Shown here: in pieces, positions 53,624-64,000 of the stretch
Layout of the letters: each line of letters starts with the position of its first letter
Numbering within the stretch: position 1 is the first letter of the stretch
Origin: Rotaria socialis
Lineage: Eukaryota
Assembly: GCA_905331295.1 (NCBI GenBank)
Contig: CAJNYD010000034.1
Location: 186,001-250,000 of the forward strand
DNA length: 64,000 nt
Direction: 5' to 3'
The notes under the pieces: generated by a model
Told to the model about the DNA's origin: nothing
What the model saw: the letters and a program-made list of their open reading frames with translations, nothing else
Database searches by the model: none
Position numbers and translations under genes: made by a program

Positions 53624-56600
53624 TTATAAATATTTTCGAATAAATTCGAACACACGTTCTTCCATATAGATGCGTTCATCAAATTTTCTTGGCATGTGCC
53701 GCTCATCTGGAAATAGAACTAGCTCATATGACTTATTAGCTCGAGTGAGCGCGTTTATCAAACGGGCTGAATGACGAAAATGAACATTTTCATCGATTAA
53801 ACCATGAATAATCATCAAATGTCCTTTTAAATTATTTACATAATGAATTACACTTGAAACTTTATACCCATGTGGGTTCTCTTCTGGTGTACCCATATAT
53901 CTTTCAGTATAATGAGTATCATATCTAAAAGTAAAAGAACACATTTTAAATTAATAGTGGTTTTACTTTGGTTTTTAATCTTACCCATCCCAATGGGTCA
54001 CTGGTGCACCGGCAATACCTAATTTAAAAATATTACTTGCACGGACCAATGCCATTGCAGACAAATATCCTCCGTACGACCAACCATATATACCGACACG
54101 TGTTTCATCAGTAATACCTTGTTTAATAAGATACTGTACACCATCAACCTGATCATTTAATTCTATATGTCCCATATCATGTTTAATCGGACTTTCAAAT
54201 GCTACACCACGATTTGAACTACCACGATTATCTAAGCTCAGTACAACATAACCAGATTCAACTAAACGTTGACAGCGCATATCACTTCGAATTGACCACG
54301 AATTGGTGACACTAGCAAATAAGAAATATGTAGATTTGAGTTTCGTTTGAAAACTTCTAAGTAGTTCAAAATAATTTCTGGCACAGTTAATCAGTCGACT
54401 AGTAAATCATTGTTGAATCGAATTATAAGACTGCAGTAGACTATGAATATTCTAAATAGAGTTCGTGTTCTCTACTATTTGTTAGAGAGATATTACATCT
54501 GCACAGTATTTTTAATAGCTACAGTCGACCCTTTTCAGTATGCGTTCGAAATGATTTTTTCGTTTAGATTTCATGCACTAAAACAAAAACTCAAATAAGA
54601 TGAACTCTCAAGATACTATCTATTTTAACAGACTCTTTAACTGAACTACGAAGTAAGTTCAAGTCGAAATTTTAGAAAACCATCGTTTGTTTTATTATCA
54701 AATAATTAATTTACTTAGAATTAGATTTTCTCTATGAATTATATTTTCCTTAGAAAGTATCTTTCTATACGAATAGAAATGAAGAGAGAAACAAGAAATA
54801 TACATTATTCAATAGGATAGTTCATACAGTACAAAATGAATTTATGATTATTTTTCGTTTCTTCTCTTAGTACATTTCTCTGTTCGATACGATTCTTTTT
54901 TTTGCACAGCCTGAGCTCCATCTGTTGGTGACAGTATAAGCCAGCGAGCTGAGTTTTGTTCTCAGTTTGAGACACTCGAAAACAAGTACCAAGAGTTTAA
55001 ATCGATTGACGAGCGCGAAACTTATTAGTCAAATATAGACAAAATTTGAATCGTATTTTTAAAAATTTATAATTAATTCCTTCATATGGTACTTCATTCT
55101 CATACCGTTGAAGATGTGGTCCACCATAAACTGATACAAGTGTTGGATACGGCGTTTGATATATTTGTTGTTCATTATCTGGTGTATAAAGTGCACAATA
55201 GAGTGTATCATTATTTCTATTTAATATTGAGAATAATTTTGGTTTAACAAAATTAAATTGTTCCATTATTTGCATTCGATCTCGCTGTAAATGATCTAAG
55301 GTATTGACGATTTCTTTCTTTTTAACATCCAACATTCTTATTAACGGATATTGTTCTATTGAACTCCATTGCGTGATACAATATTGATACGTTTGATTAA
55401 AACAATAAACTGTATGACAACCAGATTCTTGTGTTATACGTTCTATTTTTGATGTTGCATCATTATAATTAACACTGTACAGATGAATTTCAAGTGGTGT
55501 TTCACGATTAGCTAGAAAATAAATTATTGAATTGGTTTCATCAATAGCAACAATACGTTGTACAACCCAATTTCCATTTGTTAAAGTTTTTATTAAATTT
55601 CCAGTATTATAATCATGTACTTCTAAATGCATAAAGCCACTTCGTTCACTACCCCATATAAATTGTGTTGGCGTTAATTTCAATGTATAAAATAAATCAT
55701 GCAAATTAATCCATATTTGACTCGTATCTTCAATTAATAATTTTAATGTTTTTTTATTAATAAAATCATATTGAAATAATTTTAAATTAGTTTGTTGACG
55801 ATTTTCTATTTGTATTGCCACACTATTATCAGGAAAGAAATCAACACGTGCTATATAATAATCGTCAAATTCGCTTAAATCAACCCAATATATAGTAGGT
55901 TGTTTTCTATCATTGTCATTTTTTAGATCAATAATACCAATTGATACTTGAACATTGACTTTACCGGCAAAAGGATATCGATGTTCTTCAATCTAGAATA
56001 TTGAAAATGAAATACGAATTTTCTTTTTCTTATTAACTTGAATATTTTTCTTTTCTTTTTTTACATGATCAGGATCGTCCGAACCGGAATGTGATATGCG
56101 AAAAGCTGGTACATTGGACTCGTCAACTTGAGTAAATGCAATATAATTCGAATCATCTGACCACCAATAACCATCATTGCGATCCATTTCTTCTTGAGCT
56201 ATAAAATCTGCCATACCATTGGTTTTATTTGGACGGCCACGAGCATCAAATGTTAATTGGCGTGGTTTTGCTGAAGGTACTGATGATACTGTTGATATAC
56301 AATAAAGTTCACAGTCTTGAATATAAGCAACTAATTTTCCATCCGGTGATAATTTAGGATCAGTAATAGATGCTTGATGAAATCCACTGACTAAAAGACG
56401 ACGTTGTTTTCTATCATACATATAAAGATCACCAGCGATAGTGATGAGCATTAATGATTGAGTTTTATTTCTTGACCATTGGTAACGAATTACGCCAGTC
56501 ATCAAGAGACGTTGACGCTAAAATGAAAAACAAAAAAAATGCTATATTTCAATATTCTGGATATACAATCGAACAGTTTGCTTTTGTTCATAATGAATTT

Positions 56601-57087
56601 TTTCTCATGTACTTGTTATTTAATATATAATATTTATCTAGATAGATTCAATTTTTAGAATTACAATTAAGAAAACGAAAAATTTCTCTTGAATTCATAT
56701 GAGCTCATTTTATACTCTTCTCAATTGATTATTTTTTTTTTGGAAAAAAATCGAAATGATAATTTAAAAGATTGACTTCTACTAAAAATATAATCAATCA
56801 TTCTTTCTTTCTGGATAAAAGAAAAACACACCTACTTCAAGTCGAAGTTTTTCTTCGTGTGAAAGATTATTTTCCATAGTATCATCATCTTTTTCCGGTT
56901 CGGTATAAAGAAATTCTTTGTCAGTTCGAAGATCATATGCATACAATCGTCTGCTTGCTAATTGGCTTGGTGAACGAAGATAAGTTAATAAATTATCATC
57001 AGGACTAAAATGTATCAATTCAGCTAGATTATAACCAGGCTGTGGAAGTGATGCCACGTCCAAGCTCGTGATTCGTCTATAGGGCAT
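53624..57087 (-). CDS. S9B dipeptidyl peptidase IV-family serine peptidase without signal anchor; multi-exon
   Basis: IAQEEMDR (Glu-Glu motif), YPFAG, VYGGP, LDNRGS; catalytic Ser in GWSYGGY, Asp in DENVH, His in DERH. Confidence 0.93.
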
Positions 57088-57306
57088 CTAAGAAAAATAA
57101 TCATTCCACATATGCATTAATTATTGCACAAAAGAAAAGCAATAATATATATAAGAATCGATCTTGATTATATATAAAGATGATGCTTGGTTTTTTTTAG
57201 TGATTAAAAGCAGACAACCAAAGAGAAACACAAAGTATTGATAAAAGAAATATTTAAATATATCAGGAAAAAAAGCGAATGTACATGAAAATCAGGTCTA
57301 TTATTT

Positions 57307-60300
57307 TTAGTCCCGTTTTTTCTGTTGAATTTCTTGTTGAGATTGCTCGTATGATGGTGGTGTTTGAAAATACTAGAATAATCAAGGAAACGAGTGAGAA
57401 AGTTTCTAAGCAGTAATAGTATGTCATACTTGTTGTTGATTCATCTGTGGAACATACATTTGGCCACCATAGTTATTATCTTGATAAGCTGGTTGAGGTG
57501 GATATTGTATTGGTGCTTGATATCCATTTGGAATTTGAGGATACATATTCGAATTATTTCCTTGTGCCGGTGGAGCTGTTGGCATTTCAGGGTATTGCGG
57601 AATGAATTCAGCCTTTGGAAGGCCTGTTGGTTGTCTTTGATAGACTCCTTCATATGGTGCTTGTGCCGGGGATACATACATCGTTGTTTCTAAATTCAGA
57701 CAAATAGATAAACGTCAATCTTATTTCATCGACAGTTTCTCTTGTAGCGTTTAAAATTGAATATTAAAAATAATTTATGCAACTGACTTATTAATAGTTC
57801 TTTCTAATTCGAAACTTTTTCGTTTTTCAGCTTCTTTTAAAACTATTGATGCGAATTTTTGCGTCATAGACATTACTCATTAAGCCTTATTTAACGATGT
57901 ACAAGAAATGTTTAGTGTTTTTCAGTAATCGTCACAGGAAGATTATTTTGAATATACGCCTTTTTACTTGAAGTAATATACTCGATGACATACTTCTCTT
58001 AGATTACTTTTAGCGCTACGACTTATGGTCTAAATCGACACTATTTATATTCCTACGGATATAATAAATACAACACACATAATCTAGATATGAATACTTG
58101 AATTACAAAATTAATAATCTGGTTATGAATTATTTGACACCATATTTATCTGATCTGTTTTACTATCATATCATTCTTCTTTTTTTCGCCAGATTTGAAA
58201 CCGAGCATGACTAATACATATTGGTATGAAGCTGTTCCGTGTAAGGGTAAATATGCACGTGTGAGATCAAGTGATCTTATTAATCTACTGTACCAAGCGC
58301 CCTTCGTGCATACCTATTATGGCTTGACTCGACTAAATGTTATCAACACATACTATAATCATGAATTTCATTGAAATTCAAAAAAAACTCAAGTGGTCAC
58401 ATCGAAACTAAAAGATATCCTATTTCAAATATAATTTACCAGCATAATTATTACTCGACGCTTGTGCTGCTTGATATGATGGCGGTGGTGGTTCATATAA
58501 ATTAGCTGTAGCAATGCCATAAGATCTAGAATAATTCAATTAAGATACTTGTATTGAAATAAGGGAAAAAATTGTAATTTACGGTGGTGCTGCTTGAGGG
58601 TGTCGGTGAACTGTAACAAAAAGCAACAACAACATAATCAATGAAGTTTATCATTACCATAAGATAAATAACTCACAAATACTGTTGACCTCACGTAATG
58701 CTTTACTAGCATCAATAGCACCACCCGACGAGTACGTTAATTGAAACTTAACTTCGCCTTGAAATCCACCTAAACACAAAAAAAAGCAAATGTCAATCAT
58801 AGCACATGTTCTTATCAATTAATTGATTAAACGATATGTATGTATATATATGTATGTATGATGAAACAACAACGAAAAGAAAAATAGAAAATTTAACTAT
58901 GATTACTAAACAACGAATAGAATACGTATTCCTATGTTTTATTACTATTATTATTAATATTCAATTGACAAGTGAACAAGGATTTGAACAAGATTATTAT
59001 CGATACTTGCAACAATTTGGTTATACACCAAAAGTTGAAGGTCGTCGACTTTTTTCTGTAATTACTCGATCTTCATATACAGAAGGAATTCGTAAGTTTC
59101 AACGTCTTTACAAATTACCTGTAAGTTCATTTTTCATCAAATTATGTAATAATTCATATTTACTCAATCATAGGAAACAGGGCAACTTGATGAACGAACA
59201 AAATATTTCATGCAAAAAGCTCGATGTGGAAATCCTGATCTGGGTACTTATGATTCGATTGGACACCCAGTTGATGTTGATAAAAGTGAATCTTTTTCTA
59301 CGCACGTACAAGGACGTTCGGGAAAAACTAAAGTCGCTGAAAGTTCTTCGAAACCGACACATATCTGGTCAAAAAGACATTTAAAATGGTATATTGTAAG
59401 ATATCCTGAGCAACAAAAGTATATTACATCAAAAAATCATATTCTACGTGTAATAAATCAATCGTTTTATGATTGGCAAAAGCATTCAGGACTAACATTC
59501 GAGATGGTTGAAACAAAACAAGAAGCGGATTTGAAAATAAAATTTCAAGCAAAAGATCATGGTGATGGATATCCATTCGATGGACCTGGTTCCACATTAG
59601 CACATGCATTTTATCCAACTGCTGGTGATATTCATTTTGATGACGATGATGATTTCACAGATGAATATAAAGATGATGATCAATTGTATACATTGAGACT
59701 TGTTGCTGCACATGAAATAGGTCATGCACTTGGTTTATCACATTCATTTGAACAAGGATCACTTATGTATCCGATGTATCAACAGTTCAATTCAACTTAT
59801 GAATTATCCAGTGATGATCAAGAAGGTATACAAACACTCTATGGCAAACCAGAAATAAAGTCTATACCACCCAAACAACCTAAAACAACTTTGTCATCAT
59901 CATCATCATCATCATCATTCATCACATCAACATATTCTTCGGATATATTACCAATTGATAATTGGTGTGCAGAGGAATTTCAAACAGGTTGCGAAGGTCC
60001 CGACGGTGAACTTTATTTATTTAAAGATAATCAAGTATGGAGATATCAAGCAAGAAAAAAACGCTCATGGGATTCTCAACCATCATTGATAAATGAACGT
60101 TTTCCATCGCTAACTGATGCAAGCATAACCGCTTGTGTTAGATCATCAATTGGTTATACGTATTTATTTCGTAATTATCTTATGTGGCAATTTAAAACAC
60201 ATTGGTCTTTTGATGGACCATATATATTGCATGGTAAAAATTATCCGCAAAACCCTCGCATAGCTTTAGTACATCGAAACTCAATCTATTTAATACGCAA

Positions 60301-61717
60301 TCGTTTAGCATTTCGTTTGAATGAATTCGATCACAATAGAGAGCTGGAAATTCATAACATCGATGAAATACTTAATCCACCACCAAATGAATTTATACAA
60401 TCGGGTTTTACGTATGCTAAACGTCATTATATATTTACAAGAGATTTTGTTTATGTCTACGATTCAATACATGGAAGTTTACTACCTAGTTATCCGAAAC
60501 CTAGGATAAATGGTTGGTTTGCATGTGAAGCAACATATCAAGTATCGAAATCGAGAAAAACATCCACAACAACAGCAACAACAATAATGAGAGCTTCATC
60601 AGCAGAATCACCTCGACGACATGATCACGATCACGATGAAGATGATCATAATTTTCATCATCACCATCACCACAGTCATCATCGACCTAGACGACCTTTT
60701 CAGCATCGTTTACCTCCTCATGGATATCGTCGTCGTTGGGAATATTGAAGAAAATAATGCTATTCTTTTTTGTAAACATTGATTTAGAGCGCGAACACAT
60801 CTTTAGAATGCAAAATAAATATCTAGTTGAACAAAATTTTCATTCATTAATATTTTTAGAAGTAATTCTGATAATTTATTTTCTATGAATCATTAAGAGT
60901 TAAACTAATGTACATGTTATTTAATATTGAACAAACGAGTTAGAGATTTCGAAATATCAGGATGAAGATACGATACAATTTCCTTATGCTAAATTAATTC
61001 ATAACTTTGAACAATGTTGACAGAGTTATTTTGAGAGAAAAACATTCGAATTGTAATAAAATCTCCATCGGCTCCATAGATGATCATTCCTTATTCACAA
61101 GTCGTACTTCTTATATCAAACAATAGAAAATGCTATGTCTCATCATTGTATTTATAGAACAATGTAATCTGTTTTTCCGGTAAACTTCAGAAAAACTCGA
61201 GTAGGAAAAGCAACAAAACCTAGCATAAACAATTCCTGGTACTTTTGACGATTAAGATTTGTTACTAACTTTTTCTATTTTCAACATATAGATGTTCTTT
61301 TTAAACTAGACGAATATTGCATTCAGAAACTAAAAAACTAACCGTTTGGATGTGCACCAGCAGTACCAGAAATATAATTTGCACCAAATATTGGCTGTTC
61401 AACACGCAGATTTTTCATACACATAAAGGCCACAGCAAATGAAAGTAAATGATCTCGTTGATCATCACTAAGAAAGATCATTCGATGTGTTGTCACAAAC
61501 ACTTTTCCTTTATGTTTTCCACGAAAAGCTTCACCACATTGACGACTTGTATCATCAAATGTTAATGTTACATTTTTCGAATGATTTACTATTCTAAAAT
61601 GAATTTATAGAATAACAAAAATATGAACTATTTTATAAAAAAAAAGATTGGATCTCCTTACTGTTCGCCTTGATAAAGTAAAAGACCACCCTGATAATGT
61701 GCTTGATTAATTGACAT
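57307..61717 (-). CDS. WBP2: WW-domain-binding protein 2-like (GRAM domain + PPxY motifs); multi-exon
   Basis: MSINQAH, KGKVFVTTHRMIF, VEQPIFGANYISG, PNG|GFQGEVKFQLTYSSGGAID; APPSY, PPPPSY and TPPSY motifs; stop TAA at 57307-57309. Confidence 0.9.
58899..60748 (+). CDS. Matrix metalloproteinase (M10A) with hemopexin-like domain and His-rich tail; 2 exons, nested antisense in a WBP2 intron
   Basis: Signal peptide, YLQQFGY, intron 59121-59173, cysteine switch ARCGNPD, HGDGYPFDG..LAHAF, HEIGHALGLSHS, Met-turn LMYP, LYLFKDNQVWRY and YPK..GWFAC. Confidence 0.95.
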
Positions 61718-62359
61718 CGTTCTTTTTATGTGTTAAAATATATATATATATATATATATAAATAATTATTCGTAATTAATATCCGCAAAAAATAAAAGTA
61801 AAATTGATATCTTTAGAAAGATATGGTAAGTTAAACGATTTTCGTAATGACAAAATGATCCAGAATTTTCCTTTGGACCCTACTAGAGATTCTTGAGGGT
61901 TACTCATCGAACCAATCAGTTAATGCATTTTTATGTTTCCATGCTTACTTTTAATAATTTAAATTTCTTGTCACATTTATTTACAATTAAATCAATTCAG
62001 AAAAGATAATATATTGAAAATAATGATTCGTTCAAATGGTCGACTAATGTAAATGAGCGTCATCTGTCTGCCACTGAAAGAGCTAGAGCAGCGTCAAGCG
62101 CTGAAGAGAACTCAATGCTCAGTTAACAGTTTTTCTTTGAATCAATAAATTATCACAACTGCTATTAATTTTTATTTTCGTCAATAGTTGATTACTTTTT
62201 TATATTTATTTCCTTAATACTGCCTTCGGTTCTTTCCGATTCATAGATAGCATTTAGTTTTAGTGAATCTGTGCTACGCAATCAGAATTGAACGACATTA
62301 TGAAAAATACAATCTTGAAATGTTATGTGCTACGATTTAATCAAAGATCACATGCAATG

Positions 62360-62385
62360 CCGTAGACCCTCATCAGGGTCTACGG
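62360..62385. repeat. Perfect 11-bp-stem GC-rich hairpin
   Basis: ccgtagaccct-catc-agggtctacgg. Confidence 0.8.
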
Positions 62386-64000
62386 TAATTGGTCGTATTA
62401 TAGAATGGGTCGAAATTCTCGAAAATAAAATTGTAGAAAAGTTTTTATTAGTTTTACAGAAAAATAACTCAGAGAGATCTAGAAAATAGCTAACAATCTA
62501 TTCGAAAATCAGGAGCATTCAATATGAGTATAAATATCAATATTTAACAAACTCTTCTAATTACGTATAAAGCATTACATGAGAGTCAGTGGTAGTTGCT
62601 TTAAAACTTTGCTTAATGCGAATGATTTTTTTCTTATCCAGAGACCTCTGTCTGCTGCGCTACTCGCTACTCCATAATGAATATAGTTTTCATCTTATCA
62701 TAATATTTCGATGAAGCTAAACAGCGAATGCCATCATTCAGTTAGTGTTTACCAGCGAGACCATCTACTTATCTATTTCATGAAGCACATCTTCATTTTT
62801 TACACATACCCTCTCAGCCTCAAGCTGTGCTATGTGTGACTGAGTCACGCTTTTGTAAATTGAAGTTTTTTTGAAATAGAAAAGAATCATGCTTCTGTCA
62901 AACATGCGACGAAATCTACACTGCGACTAATTGTCGTTCGGCCAATTCATCAATATGCAATCTTAAGAATAATTATACATTAGATTTTTTAATTTTGTGA
63001 AACAATGCTAAATAAATTATAAATCTGTGATCATTTCACAAAAACTTCAGTAGAGCACTTGCAAAACGTTTATTTTTACAACGCAAGTACTAAATAATTG
63101 TACTCAGATTCTAGTACAAGCACTACTCGTGGATACTCGAAATCACGAGTACTCGATGAGTGAGCACACTTTCACGTAGGCAGCGCTGTAATAAAGCATC
63201 AGTGTGATATTTCAAGTTTCACATAAGTTAAGAGAAAAAGGTTTTTTTCTTGCTTTGTTTTCGATGTATGTGGGCTGAAATTAATTCTTGACTTGAACTT
63301 TGATCCGAAGGATAAGTTAATATTTCGAAGAAGACACTTGACGGCATCTTCATTAGTATACAATCAAAACTTAAGAAATACAGATTTGTACTTTTCTCAC
63401 ACACACTCTCTCTCTCTCTCTCTCTTTATTTTGTACATCATTAGTCTCCAGCAATAAGCAGATATTTTATAGTGTCTATTGTTTTTCTTGTCATCATTTC
63501 GATTCCTTAAAGAAATATACTTTCTCAATGTTTTTTTCCTGTATTTTCGATTGTAATGTTTCTTGTATAAAACGGCCATGTTACATATGAATGATTTAAT
63601 ATAAAAGTGAAGATACTGTTGAAATGAAATATATATTTTGACTCACTCACAAAATAAGCCATCACGTTCTTGTCGTTGGCCTCGTTGCGAATAAAATTCT
63701 AAAATTGTTTTTGATGAAAGATATTTTCGTTCTTATTATTTTTTTTGTTTTTGCTCACAGAATTTCAATTCAAAGCTCTTAATGGTATTTTATTCAAATT
63801 AGTGCAAAGAAAAAATATACCGTAAACGACTGTATTAGTTCATATCTGTTGCATTTTAGAAATAAACATATAATTGCAAGGAATAATATTATTTTTTACT
63901 GTTATGTGTAGCTAACTTTGATAAATTTGTCCAAATGATCTTCTTAAAAAAGACATGCGCACCAGTTGTGCTTTATGATAAGAAGGAAAAAGTCGTAACA

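Noticed and set aside
58396..58439. Alternative short terminal exon of WBP2
   Set aside because: It would require a ~20-nt intron, well below the local size range.

Overview
AT-rich eukaryotic (animal) genomic DNA. Genes are compact, introns are mostly ~50-70 nt GT-AG, and several genes are of non-metazoan type; this fits a bdelloid rotifer (inference, not proven). Genes reconstructed by splicing: prohormone-4/LDLa precursor, a DUF2252-like domain fused to a 3-hydroxybenzoate 6-hydroxylase-like flavin monooxygenase, kynureninase, an ABCB/MDR transporter, a stand-alone RapZ C-terminal-domain protein, a TIGAR-like phosphatase, two small unknown ORFs, M6PR, MRI1, TRMT61A, two CDK2AP1-like copies, a KCNQ channel, a DDX21-like helicase with zinc knuckles, a plant/bacterial-type S9B peptidase, and WBP2 with an MMP nested antisense in an intron. 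Two nested transposon clusters (15.5-18.3 kb, 37-41 kb) have readable terminal repeats and target-site duplications. Best candidates for novelty: (1) the pseudokinase-monooxygenase fusion beside a 3-hydroxykynurenine-type kynureninase and an ABCB exporter, a possible animal metabolic gene cluster; (2) two operon-like three-gene runs with unpaired splice acceptors, suggesting trans-splicing. Family assignments come from recalled motifs; no searches were run.
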